Below, piece by piece: positions 25,815 through 35,213 of a stretch of 64,000 bases of DNA. The notes beneath the pieces were generated by a model, which saw only the letters and a list, made by a program, of their open reading frames with translations, did not search any database and was not told the origin of the DNA. A program made the translations under genes and the position numbers. Source of the DNA: a bacterium (GTDB lineage Bacteria > Joyebacterota > Joyebacteria > Joyebacterales > Joyebacteraceae). The DNA is taken from positions 2,525 through 66,524 of the forward strand of contig JALGWI010000008.1 of assembly GCA_025774245.1 (NCBI GenBank), in the 5' to 3' direction. Positions within the stretch are counted from its first letter, which is position 1. Every line of letters begins with the position of its first letter.

Positions 25815-27195
25815 ATCGGCGCGGTCCGCGGGCGCGGGTGTGGCTCGCGGGGCCGGCGCGCTCGGCCCACCGGTCGTTCTCGCCGTGCTGCTCGGCGCGC
25901 CGGTCGGAGCGGCGGGCGGGCTTGCCTTCGAGCAGCTGTGGGAGGTACCGCTGGGGCTTCCGTCCCGGGGTACCTCGGACGTGCGCCTCGTCGACTTCGA
26001 CGGGGACGGTCGGACGGAGATCCTGATCGCGCGCTGGCGGCGAGGCGAGCCGGGCGACCTCCTGGTCCTCGATGGGGCGACCGGTAGCGAGAGCTGGCGG
26101 GTCGGCCTCGAGGAGCGGCCGTACGTCGAGACGTGCGACGTCGGTGGGGACGGCAGGATCGAGGTGCTCGCCGCCGTCGGCAACGGACTTCTCGTGATCG
26201 ACGGGGCGTCGGGCGAAACGATCACGACCGTGGGGCTTGCGGGCGAAGCCGGCGCGCTCGCGGTCGGGCACCTCGACGGCGACGAGACCGTGGACGTCGT
26301 CTACGCGGCCGGTGACGAGCGATGCGACGTGCTCGTCGCGCTCGCCGGAGCGGGGGAGAAGGAACTCTGGCGGCGGGAGGCGGAGCCGGCGGAAGGGCGC
26401 TTCGACGAGGGCTTCGGGTTCCTCGTCGCGACCGACGTCGACGGTGACGGTCTGGACGAGGTGCTCGTGACGGAGAACATGAACGTCCTTCTCTGTCTCG
26501 CTTCCGGAGGCGACCTCTCCTGGTCGGCGGTCCTCGGCGAGAAGGGGACGCTCGTTCCGGAGGGCGCCGCGAGCTCCGTTCCGGTCGTCGCGGATCTCCT
26601 GGGCGACGGCGTCAACGAGATCGCCGTCGGCTGCTACGCGGGAGCGCTCGTCGTTCTCGACGGAGCGACCGGCGAGGCGCTCTCGCGGTCGGCCCCGTTC
26701 GGGATCGAATCGCACGCCCGGTACACAAAGAGGGGACGGTTCACTCGTCCCCTCCGCGAGCTCCTGGCGAGGACGGGCGAACCGATCCTCGGGCTCCTGG
26801 CGGTCGATCTGGTCGGTGGGCCCGCGCGCGAACTCGCGTTCGGATGCGCCGACGGCATCTTCTACGCCGTCGATCCTCGCACGGGCACGGAACTCTGGCG
26901 CTACGAGGAGGGAGGCAAGGTCACCGAGCCTGCCGTCGCGCTCGACGCCACGGGCGACGGCGTCGCCGATCTCCTCGTCCGGGACCAGGGGGGAGCGTTC
27001 GTGCTCGACGGGACCGGCGAGGGCGAAGTCGATGTCGGGCCGCTCCCCGACGTGCGCGCCGCCTCGAGCGTCGTCGCGGGCGATGTGAACGCGGACGGCG
27101 TTCTCGATCTGGTCGTCGTGAGCGTGAGGGAGAACCGCGTGGCCGCATGGACGACGGGACTCCCGTGTCCGTCGTCGAACGAGAAGTCGCGATGA
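25789..27195 (+). CDS. Secreted FG-GAP/VCBS-repeat (beta-propeller-like) protein
   Basis: Repeated DxDGDG motifs (DFDGDGRTE, DVGGDGRIE, DVDGDGLDE, DVNADGVLD, DATGDGVAD). Hydrophobic N-terminal segment. The start is uncertain because it overlaps the peptide 3 3' end. Confidence 0.65.
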   Translation: MISVTSTTRSARSAGAGVARGAGALGPPVVLAVLLGAPVGAAGGLAFEQLWEVPLGLPSRGTSDVRLVDFDGDGRTEILIARWRRGEPGDLLVLDGATGSESWRVGLEERPYVETCDVGGDGRIEVLAAVGNGLLVIDGASGETITTVGLAGEAGALAVGHLDGDETVDVVYAAGDERCDVLVALAGAGEKELWRREAEPAEGRFDEGFGFLVATDVDGDGLDEVLVTENMNVLLCLASGGDLSWSAVLGEKGTLVPEGAASSVPVVADLLGDGVNEIAVGCYAGALVVLDGATGEALSRSAPFGIESHARYTKRGRFTRPLRELLARTGEPILGLLAVDLVGGPARELAFGCADGIFYAVDPRTGTELWRYEEGGKVTEPAVALDATGDGVADLLVRDQGGAFVLDGTGEGEVDVGPLPDVRAASSVVAGDVNADGVLDLVVVSVRENRVAAWTTGLPCPSSNEKSR

Positions 27196-27887
27196 GCGCC
27201 GGGGCGACACCTGCCGCGTCGCTCGTCTCTCTCCTGAACGTCCGGAAGTCCTACGGCAAGCGGGGGCGCTCGGTCGAAGCGCTCGCTCCGCTCACGCTCT
27301 CGGTCGGTCGGGGAGAGTCCGTCGCGCTGGTCGGACCGAACGGTGTCGGGAAGACGACGGCGCTCAAGATCGTCGCGACGCTCGTCGAGCCGACGTCCGG
27401 CACGGCGATCGTGTGCGGACACGACGTCGTCGGCGATTCCGGACGGGCGCGCCGCGCCGTCGGCGTGTCCCTCGGGTCTCGCCGCTCGTTCTACTGGAGA
27501 CTGACCACGCGGCACAACCTGTCGTTCTTCGCGAGGCTCAGGGGCGTCCGCGGCGCGAGGATCCCCGCGGAGATCGACCAGGTCGCCCGTGAGATGGGAC
27601 TCGGTCCGAACCTGGACCTTCCGGTCAGACGCCTCTCGCGGGGAGCGCTCGCGAGGCTCTCCGTCGGGCGGGCGATGCTCGGGGATCCCACCGTGCTCCT
27701 TCTCGACGAACCCCTGGCGTCGGTCGATCGCGCCGGGCGAGAGCTCGTCTGGCGCGCGATCGAGAGACGCCTCGCCGCCGGCGCCTGTCTGCTCCTGGCG
27801 ACCCACGAACCGGAGGTGGCGTCCCGGTGCGGCTCGGCCGTGTCGCTCGCCGGAGCTCCCCGCGTGCCGGGGAGGGCGGCGCGATGA
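27192..27887 (+). CDS. ABC transporter ATP-binding protein
   Basis: Walker A GPNGVGKTT, signature LSRGALARL, Walker B LLLDEP. ATGA start-stop overlap with the upstream gene. Confidence 0.8.
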   Translation: MSAGATPAASLVSLLNVRKSYGKRGRSVEALAPLTLSVGRGESVALVGPNGVGKTTALKIVATLVEPTSGTAIVCGHDVVGDSGRARRAVGVSLGSRRSFYWRLTTRHNLSFFARLRGVRGARIPAEIDQVAREMGLGPNLDLPVRRLSRGALARLSVGRAMLGDPTVLLLDEPLASVDRAGRELVWRAIERRLAAGACLLLATHEPEVASRCGSAVSLAGAPRVPGRAAR

Positions 27888-28735
27888 GAGACGACGTTCA
27901 CTGGCTCCGACGCGCGGTCCGCGCGGCGCGGATCCTGTGCGGCGTGGCGTGGGCGTTCGCGTCGCGGAGCGTCGCCACGTACGCGAGCTACCGGGCCAAG
28001 CTCTCGCTCGGGCTGGCGTCGCTCGTCCTGTCGCTCGTGACGTTCTCGTTCGTCGGCCGCGTCGTCTCGAGCGCCGGCTCCGGGTTCGTCGACCGCTACG
28101 GGATGAGCTACTCGTCGTTTGTCATCGTCGGCGTGCTCGTCCACGGCGCGGCCTCCGCCGGGCTCTCGTCGTTCCGCTCGTCGGTGCGCCGCGAGCAGCT
28201 CCAGGGGACGCTCGAGCTCCTCGCCGTCACGCCGGTTCCCGTGCCGCTCGTCCTGTTCCTCTCCGGGCTCGGCGAGATCGCCATCGCCGCGGCGGGCGGC
28301 GCGGCCCTTCTCGCGCTCGCGGCTGTGTTCCTCGGCTTCGAGATCACGCTCTCGCTCCCGCTCGTCGCGGCCGTCGTCCTCTACGGTGTCGCCGCGTGCG
28401 GGATCGGTCTCGCCTCCGCGGGGATCATCCTCGTCTCGAAGGAGGGCGAGCCGCTCTCCTGGGGGTTCGGGGCGATCGCCGGGCTCGTGGGCGGCGTCTA
28501 CTTCCCGGTCGACCTCCTGCCTTCGTGGCTGCGGCGCGTCTCGGTCGCCCTTCCCACCACGCACGCGCTTCGCCTCGCCCGCGCGGGCCTCTCGGGGGCC
28601 GGCGCCGACGCGTCGACGTCCTCGTCGCTCGTCCTCCTCGGGGCCACCGCCGGTCTCGCGCTGGTCGCCGGGTTTCTCGTCCTCCACTGGGGATACCGCT
28701 CCGCGCGGCGCGCGGGGACGCTCGGGGAGTACTAG
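27884..28735 (+). CDS. ABC-2 type transporter permease
   Basis: Six predicted transmembrane helices. Translationally coupled (ATGA) to the ATPase. Confidence 0.75.
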   Translation: MRDDVHWLRRAVRAARILCGVAWAFASRSVATYASYRAKLSLGLASLVLSLVTFSFVGRVVSSAGSGFVDRYGMSYSSFVIVGVLVHGAASAGLSSFRSSVRREQLQGTLELLAVTPVPVPLVLFLSGLGEIAIAAAGGAALLALAAVFLGFEITLSLPLVAAVVLYGVAACGIGLASAGIILVSKEGEPLSWGFGAIAGLVGGVYFPVDLLPSWLRRVSVALPTTHALRLARAGLSGAGADASTSSSLVLLGATAGLALVAGFLVLHWGYRSARRAGTLGEY

Positions 28736-28897
28736 ACGTCCCGCGATCGCGCCGCCCGGCGCACCCGCCCGCTTTCCGCTTGCTCTCGTCTCACGCCGTA
28801 GTGTCTAATGAGAGGATCGCCGCTCGCGCCGGTCGTTCCTCGCGGTGGACGCGTCCCGCGCCGCCGCGATCGCCGCACCCGACTCCGGAGTTCCGCG

Positions 28898-30706
28898 ATG
28901 ACCTCGAAAAGGCCCAGCTATCTCCCGATCGCGTCGATCGTCGTGGGCATCGTCATTCTCGCGATCGCCGTCGGCGTCGCCTCGTTCCGCGACATCGACC
29001 GGGGACGCCAGCAGGTCGCTGACGTGCTCGACCGCCAGGCGAGGTTCGCGATCGGGTCGCTCGGGGCGGCCGTGCGGGCCAGCTTCATGGCGCCGAACTG
29101 GGATCGACCGCACCTCGATCTGATCCTGCAGGGCGCGGCGGGCGACGAGGAGATCAGCCACGTGGCGATCCTCGACGCCGACGGGACGATCGTCGCGCAC
29201 AGCGATCCCGAGCGGGTCGGAACCGTCTGGGAGGGGAGCGGGCTTCTCGAGGCCGTGGCGGACCGGCGGTTCTTCGCAAGTCGCGTCATTCAGACCGACG
29301 GCCTGACGGTCCACGAGTACGTGGCGCCGTTCCCTCCGTTCCCGCGCCGTCTCACCGCGGCCATGATCCGGCGGGCGCCGCACAGGATCCTCGAGCTCGA
29401 GGCCATGTACGGCCGCATCTCGGTGCTCCTGAACAGGCGGGTCGCACCCGGCGAGAACCTCAATCTCTTCATGGTGATCGGCCTCGACTCGACGCAGCTC
29501 GACGCCGGGTTCCTCGCGTCGAGGAACCACACGTTCATGATGTCCGGCATCCTCCTTCTGATCGGCGGCATCGCGATCTACTTCCTCTTCCTGATGGCTC
29601 ACTACCGGTCGGTCAGGACGGCCCTCGCGAACATGCGTTCGTACACGACCAACGTGATCGAGAGCATGGGGAGCGGACTCGTCTCGTTCGACGCCGACGC
29701 GCGTCTCGTCACCGTGAACTCGAGGGCTCGCTCCCTTCTCAGCATTCCCTCGGGCGATGTCGCGGGTACGCCGATCGACGACGTCCTCGCCTTCGAATCG
29801 GACGCCGACAGGGCCGGCGTCTACGGCGTCATGAGCGGCGCCGCGGACACGTTCGAGTCCGAGGCCAGGCTCGTCGCGGGGAGCGACACCATCCCGGTGG
29901 CCCTCGCCGCCTCGTCGCTCAGGGACGAGGCGGGGGAGCGGTCGGGGTCGGTCGTGCTGCTCCAGGACATGCGCGAGATCGAATCGCTCAAGGAGGAGGT
30001 CGCGAGGGAACGCCACCTGGCGTCGCTGGGCAGGCTCGCGGCGGGCGTCGCGCACGAAGTCAGAAACCCCCTGAGCTCGCTCAAGGGTTTCGCCCAGTTC
30101 CTCCGGACCAAGTTCACGCCAGGGTCCCGGGAGGAGCGATACGCCGACATCATGATCGAGGAGGTCGAGCGGCTCGACCGCGTCGTTCAGGAACTCCTCG
30201 ACTTCGCGAAGCCGATCACGCCCGAGAAGAGGGCGGCCGATCTGAACGCGATCGTCGAGGAAGCGCTCTCGCTCGTCGTCGACGACGCCCTCTACAGAGA
30301 GGTCGAGATCGCGCGGGAGCTGGGCGACGGTCTCCCGCACGTGTTCGTCGACCCCGGGCAGGTTAAGCAGGCGCTTCTCAACATCCTCCTGAACGGACTC
30401 GAGTCGATGGGCGACGACGGCGGGACGCTCACCGTGGCGACGTCGGCCGATGGCGGCTCGGGTGGCAGCGTCGCGATCGCCGTCTCCGACACGGGAGCCG
30501 GCATGACGGACGAGGAGATCGCGAAGCTCTACGAGCCGTTCTACACGACGAAGCCGTCGGGCACGGGTCTCGGCCTCACGATCGTGTCGAGGATCATCGA
30601 GCAGAACGACGGTCACGTCCGCGTCGCGAGCGCGAAGGGCGAGGGAACGACGTTCACGATCGAGCTGCCGGCGGCGTCGGGACGCGGCGCGCGGCCGGCC
30701 GCCTGA
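28898..30706 (+). CDS. Sensor histidine kinase (NtrB/AtoS-like) with a periplasmic sensing domain, PAS, HisKA and HATPase
   Basis: Two N-terminal transmembrane helices flank a ~190-aa loop. H-box HEVRNPLSSLKGF. ATP-binding motifs (DTGAGMTDEE, GTGLGL). Confidence 0.8.
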   Translation: MTSKRPSYLPIASIVVGIVILAIAVGVASFRDIDRGRQQVADVLDRQARFAIGSLGAAVRASFMAPNWDRPHLDLILQGAAGDEEISHVAILDADGTIVAHSDPERVGTVWEGSGLLEAVADRRFFASRVIQTDGLTVHEYVAPFPPFPRRLTAAMIRRAPHRILELEAMYGRISVLLNRRVAPGENLNLFMVIGLDSTQLDAGFLASRNHTFMMSGILLLIGGIAIYFLFLMAHYRSVRTALANMRSYTTNVIESMGSGLVSFDADARLVTVNSRARSLLSIPSGDVAGTPIDDVLAFESDADRAGVYGVMSGAADTFESEARLVAGSDTIPVALAASSLRDEAGERSGSVVLLQDMREIESLKEEVARERHLASLGRLAAGVAHEVRNPLSSLKGFAQFLRTKFTPGSREERYADIMIEEVERLDRVVQELLDFAKPITPEKRAADLNAIVEEALSLVVDDALYREVEIARELGDGLPHVFVDPGQVKQALLNILLNGLESMGDDGGTLTVATSADGGSGGSVAIAVSDTGAGMTDEEIAKLYEPFYTTKPSGTGLGLTIVSRIIEQNDGHVRVASAKGEGTTFTIELPAASGRGARPAA

Positions 30707-30723
30707 GCCGCGAGGGGAATCGG

Positions 30724-32067
30724 ATGGACGCCAGGAGCATGAGGATCCTCGTCGTCGACGACCAGTCGAGTGTGCGGCAGCTTCTCAAGGCCGTGCTCGA
30801 GGAGGACGGACACGAGATCGACACGGCGCCCGACGGGGAGAAGGCGCTCGAGGCCGTCGCCGCGGGCTACCACGACCTCGTCGTGATGGACATCCGGATG
30901 CCGGGGATCGACGGCGTCGAGGCGCTCGAGCGGATGCGCGCGTCGAGCCCTCAGACGGCCGTCGTCATGATGACCGCGTACGCCTCGGTCGAGACCGCGG
31001 TGCGGGCCATGAAGCTCGGCGCCTTCGACTACGTCACGAAGCCGATCGACATCGACGAGGTCCGGGCCGTCGTCGCGCGGTTCATCGAGTCGTCCGGCCC
31101 TCCCGACGCCGTCGAGGAGGCGCCGCCCAAGCCGTCGAGGGAGATCATCGGGGCGAGCGAGACGTTCCGGGAGATGCTCTCGGTCGTCCACAGGGTCGCC
31201 GAGAGCGACGCGAGCGTTCTCCTTCTCGGCGAGAGCGGGACCGGCAAGGAGGTCATCGCGAAGGAGATCCACCGCGCCGGCCCCCGCGCCCGGAAGCCGT
31301 TCGTCGCCATCAACTGCTCTGCGATCCCGGAGGGTCTCCTCGAGAGCGAGCTCTTCGGGCACGAGAAGGGCGCGTTCACCGGTGCGGTCCGTCTGAAGAA
31401 GGGACGCTTCGAGCTGGCCAACGGCGGCACGGTTTTCCTCGACGAGATCGGCGACATGTCGCGGGCGCTCCAGGCGAAGCTCCTGAGGTTCCTCCAGGAC
31501 CACACGCTGTCGAGGGTCGGAGGAGGGCAGGACATCACGGTTGACGTCCGCGTGGTCGCGGCGACGAACCGCGATCTCGAGCGCGCGGTGGCGGACGGCG
31601 ACTTCCGCCAGGACCTCTACTTCCGGCTGAACGTCGTCACGATCACGATCCCGCCGCTCCGCGATCGCCAGGAAGACGTGCCGCTCCTGGTGGAGCACTT
31701 CCTGAAGCTCCACGCGCCGGAACGGGGCAAACCGAAGAAGATGTCGCCGCGCGCGATGCGCATCGCCATGAACTACGACTGGCCCGGGAACGTCCGCGAG
31801 CTCGAGAACGCCGTCCAGAGGGCGGTCGTCCTCTCGCGCGGAGAGACGATCTTCCCCGAGCACCTGCCCGCGAAGGTGCAGGCGACGGGCGGCGATCCCG
31901 GGGCTGAGACGCTCGAGGTGGGGAAGACCATCCGGGAGGTCGAGCGGGACATCATCGAGAAGACACTCAAGCAGACCGACGGGAACCGCACGAAGGCATC
32001 CGAGATCCTCGGCATCTCGCGGCGGACCCTCCAGAACAAGATCAAGGAGTACAAGATCGACCTCTGA
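30724..32067 (+). CDS. Sigma-54-dependent response regulator (NtrC/AtoC family)
   Basis: REC domain (VVDDQSSVRQLL...D). AAA+ domain (GESGTGKEVIAKEIH, ESELFGHEKGAFTGA). C-terminal Fis HTH. Confidence 0.9.
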   Translation: MDARSMRILVVDDQSSVRQLLKAVLEEDGHEIDTAPDGEKALEAVAAGYHDLVVMDIRMPGIDGVEALERMRASSPQTAVVMMTAYASVETAVRAMKLGAFDYVTKPIDIDEVRAVVARFIESSGPPDAVEEAPPKPSREIIGASETFREMLSVVHRVAESDASVLLLGESGTGKEVIAKEIHRAGPRARKPFVAINCSAIPEGLLESELFGHEKGAFTGAVRLKKGRFELANGGTVFLDEIGDMSRALQAKLLRFLQDHTLSRVGGGQDITVDVRVVAATNRDLERAVADGDFRQDLYFRLNVVTITIPPLRDRQEDVPLLVEHFLKLHAPERGKPKKMSPRAMRIAMNYDWPGNVRELENAVQRAVVLSRGETIFPEHLPAKVQATGGDPGAETLEVGKTIREVERDIIEKTLKQTDGNRTKASEILGISRRTLQNKIKEYKIDL

Positions 32068-32408
32068 GCGGCGGCTCCGGGACCGCGCTCCGCGGCGACG
32101 GGGAGCGGCCTTCGGAGGTGCGAAGATTCTGCGCAGTGGGTCCTCCCATCTGGGAAGGACCTGCGCAGCCGGACGCGTCGATCGCTCCCGGAAGCGCGTC
32201 GCTCGCGATCCTGCGCGCGCGTAACCCGCTGAATCCTCGGCGGTTGCACGATCATCAGAAAAGGGTGCGGCGGTTGTCCGGAGCTGGCATGCCGGTTGCA
32301 CAAAACGGGGAGTGTGGGAACGCTCCCGGCGGACCGAAAGAGGACGAACGGAGAAACGGTCACGGGGAGCACAAGACGGGAGAGTCGAAGGAAGGAAAGG
32401 GGAGAACC

Positions 32409-33209
32409 ATGAGACGCAGAAAAGCTCTGATCGCGGTCATCATAGCGCTGGCAGTTGCCACCGCGATTGCGGTTCCCGCGGTCGCGCAGAAGCGAGTAGA
32501 GGTCAGGCGCATGGAGTGCATGGACGGCCCCGGGATGGGCATGGGGCGCCCCGGCATGGGTAAGGGGCATCCCGGCATGGGCACGGGGCACGGCCCCGCG
32601 CTGACCTCCGAGCAGCAGGAGCAGGCCGACGCCATCCGGGAGAAGTACGATGACCAGCGCGTGGAGCTCGTCAACAGGCTGAAGGCGATGGCGATCGAGG
32701 CCGACGATGCCTTCGACGGTGACGCGCCGGACTTCGCCGCGCTCGAGAAGCAGATCGACGAGGCGGCAAAGGTCAGAGCCGACATGGCGAAGCTCAAGCT
32801 CAGGATGCACAAGGAGATCCGCGGTATTCTCACCGAGGACCAGCGCACCATCTTCGATCACGGCCTGTCCTCGAAGTTTGGCCGCGGTCTCATGATGGGC
32901 GGCCAGGGACACGGCGGCATGCGGGGCGACATGGGCCGCGGTTGCCGCGGCATGAGAGGCGGCGGGCGCGCCAGCTGCGGCATGATGGGCGGCATGGGTC
33001 CCGGAAGCTGCGGCATGATGGGCGGCTTCGGCATGGGCGGTGAGCCCATGATCTGGGAAGAGAAGACCGAGGACGGTACGCGTATCCGCAAGATGATCTT
33101 CATCCCCGAGGGGGCGGAGCTCCCCGAGGGGCACGAGATGCACGAGATGCACGAGATGTACTTCGAGACGGATCACGACGGCGACTCGGAGGGGCACAGC
33201 TCCCTCTGA
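32409..33209 (+). CDS. Periplasmic Spy/CpxP-family (LTxxQ motif) protein with Met/Gly/His-rich low-complexity segments
   Basis: Signal peptide. LTSEQQEQADAIREKY and LTEDQRTIFDHG motifs. GMGMGRPGMGKGHPGMGTGHG, MMGGQGHGGMRGDMG...GMMGGMGPGSCGMMGGFGMGG and HEMHEMHEM segments. Confidence 0.7.
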   Translation: MRRRKALIAVIIALAVATAIAVPAVAQKRVEVRRMECMDGPGMGMGRPGMGKGHPGMGTGHGPALTSEQQEQADAIREKYDDQRVELVNRLKAMAIEADDAFDGDAPDFAALEKQIDEAAKVRADMAKLKLRMHKEIRGILTEDQRTIFDHGLSSKFGRGLMMGGQGHGGMRGDMGRGCRGMRGGGRASCGMMGGMGPGSCGMMGGFGMGGEPMIWEEKTEDGTRIRKMIFIPEGAELPEGHEMHEMHEMYFETDHDGDSEGHSSL

Positions 33210-33221
33210 TGCGCGCTCCGT

Positions 33222-33256
33222 GAGGGAGGGGGTCGGGGGATTCCCCGACTCCCTCC
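33222..33256 (+). terminator. GC-rich hairpin downstream of the Spy-like gene (candidate terminator)
   Basis: GAGGGAGGGGGTCGGGG-gatt-CCCCGACTCCCTC extended stem. No strong U-tract follows. Confidence 0.4.
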
Positions 33257-33346
33257 ACCCCCCAACACACCGCAGGTCAGGATCACGATGCCCCCCCTCG
33301 AACGAGCGGGCGGACCCGGCGAAGAGGCCGCCCGCCCGCTTTCCTC

Positions 33347-33376
33347 TTGTCAGCCCGAGCGAGCCTTCCATATACT
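33347..33376 (+). promoter_or_regulatory. Candidate sigma-70 promoter for the NCS2 permease gene
   Basis: TTGTCA, 18-nt spacer, TATACT, ~60 nt upstream of the ATG at 33437. Confidence 0.4.
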
Positions 33377-33436
33377 GCGCGCTGGGCGCGGCTGACACGC
33401 CGACGCCCCGGGTGACTCGCGACAACGGGGGAGGCC

Positions 33437-34762
33437 ATGATCGAACGTCTCTTCAAGCTCAGCGAGAACGGAACGACGGTCCGCACCGAGCTCCTCGCCG
33501 GCGCGACGACCTTCATGACGATGGCCTACATCGTCTTCGTGAACCCGAGCATCCTCTCCGCTCCGGGCGGAGCCGCGATGGACTTCAGGGCGGTGATGGC
33601 CGCGACGTGCATCGCGTCCGCGCTCGCCACACTCCTCATGGCGTTCCTCGCGAACTACCCGATCGCGCTCGCGCCCGGCATGGGCCTCAACGCTTACTTC
33701 AGCTTCACCGTCTGCGGCCAGATGGGCGTCCCGTGGGACGTGGCCCTCGGGATCGTCTTCATCTCGGGCGTCGTCTTCACGATCCTTACGGTCGCGCGCG
33801 TGCGCGAGCTCATCGTCACCGCGATCCCCGCGCCACTGAAGTACGCGACCGCCGCCGGCATCGGTCTCTTCATCGCGTTCCTCGGCCTCAAGGACTCCGG
33901 GATCATCGCGTCCCATCCAGCCGCGTTCCTCACGCTCGGCACGCTCAAGGAGCCGCCCGTTCTCCTGGCGCTCTTCGGGCTGGCGGTGACCGCGGTCCTC
34001 CTGGCGGCGAAGGTCAGGGGCGCGATCTTCTGGGGCATCCTCGCGACGGGGGCCGCGGGCCTCGTGACCGGCATCGTGACGTTCACAGGCGTCTTCGCCC
34101 TTCCGACGCTCGGCCCGACCTTCCTCAAGATGAGGCCGGCGGCGGCGCTCAGGCTCGAGTACCTGACGCCGATCTTCGTCCTCCTCTTCTTCGACATGTT
34201 CGACACCGTCGGGACGCTCATCGGGGTCGGGGAGCGGGCGGGGTTCATGAAGGACGGCAAGATGCCGCGCGTCAACCAGGCGCTCGTGTCCGACTCGGTC
34301 GGCACGATGGTGGGAGCGGCCGTCGGCACGTCGACGACGACGAGCTACGTCGAGAGCGTGGCGGGCGTCTCGGCAGGCGGACGCACGGGCCTCGCGAACC
34401 TTGCGACCGCGGCGCTCTTCCTGATGGCGCTCTTCTTCTCGCCGCTGGCGGAGATGTTCGGCGGCGGGCACGAGATCGGCACCGGCGTCATCCTCCATCC
34501 CATCACGGCTCCGGCGCTCATCGTCGTCGGCTGCCTCATGATGAAGTGCGTCACGAAGATCGACTGGGACAACTACTCCGACGCGATCCCGGCCTTCCTC
34601 ACGATGATCGTGATGCCGCTGACCTCGAGCATCGCCCACGGTCTCGCGATCGGGTTCATCAGCTACCCGATCATCAAGGCGCTCTCGGGGAAGGCCCGCG
34701 AGGTCCACTGGCTGGTTTATTGCCTTGCCGCTCTGTCCATCCTGAGGTATATACTTCTGTAG
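33437..34762 (+). CDS. NCS2-family nucleobase permease (AzgA/PbuG-like adenine/guanine/hypoxanthine permease)
   Basis: 441-aa polytopic protein with conserved AzgA-like blocks (TFMTMAYIVFVNP, GLNAYF, FDMFDTVGTLIG). Confidence 0.85.
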   Translation: MIERLFKLSENGTTVRTELLAGATTFMTMAYIVFVNPSILSAPGGAAMDFRAVMAATCIASALATLLMAFLANYPIALAPGMGLNAYFSFTVCGQMGVPWDVALGIVFISGVVFTILTVARVRELIVTAIPAPLKYATAAGIGLFIAFLGLKDSGIIASHPAAFLTLGTLKEPPVLLALFGLAVTAVLLAAKVRGAIFWGILATGAAGLVTGIVTFTGVFALPTLGPTFLKMRPAAALRLEYLTPIFVLLFFDMFDTVGTLIGVGERAGFMKDGKMPRVNQALVSDSVGTMVGAAVGTSTTTSYVESVAGVSAGGRTGLANLATAALFLMALFFSPLAEMFGGGHEIGTGVILHPITAPALIVVGCLMMKCVTKIDWDNYSDAIPAFLTMIVMPLTSSIAHGLAIGFISYPIIKALSGKAREVHWLVYCLAALSILRYILL

Positions 34763-34870
34763 TGATGTGACCGGAATCCGGCGCGCCCGTCCAGGCTCGT
34801 CAGCCTTCGGATCGAGCGCGTCGTTCCTGCCCTATCGGGTGCCCCCACGTTTGACCGGGAGCCGCCGTCC

Positions 34871-35194
34871 GTGCCTCGCAGGTTCGTTCAGCTCCAGACG
34901 ACCATCGACGATCGGGACAGAGCGGAGGAACTGATCCGCGAAGTCGTCGAGAGGCGTCTGGCCGCCTGCGGCCAGATCGTCGGGCCGATCGAGAGCATCT
35001 ACCGCTGGAAGGGCTCGATCGAGACGGCGACGGAGTGGCTCTGTCTCTTCAAGACGAGGGCGGCGCTCGCGGGAGCGCTCGAGGAGTTCATCCTCGAGTG
35101 GCACCCCTACGAGGTTCCCGAGATCGTCGTCCTCGAGACGGTGAGGGTATCGGATGACTACGGGAAGTGGATCAGAAACGAGACGAGCGGCTAG
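34871..35194 (+). CDS. cutA: Divalent-cation tolerance protein CutA
   Basis: 107 aa. CutA1 signature (LAACGQI...SIYRWKG...ETVLLFKT). Confidence 0.8.
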   Translation: MPRRFVQLQTTIDDRDRAEELIREVVERRLAACGQIVGPIESIYRWKGSIETATEWLCLFKTRAALAGALEEFILEWHPYEVPEIVVLETVRVSDDYGKWIRNETSG

Positions 35195-35213
35195 CCGCGC
35201 GCTTCCTCGCGCG

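Noticed and set aside
25663-27210. 515-aa - strand ORF
   Set aside because: Antisense to the FG-GAP repeat protein, whose repeated DxDGDG motifs identify the + strand as coding.
28805-32301. Two large - strand ORFs (603 and 562 aa)
   Set aside because: Antisense to the histidine kinase and the sigma-54 response regulator, both carrying canonical motifs on the + strand.
33366-33436. Purine riboswitch upstream of the NCS2 nucleobase permease
   Set aside because: The leader is only ~70 nt and very GC-rich. It lacks the conserved purine-riboswitch junction and loop sequences.
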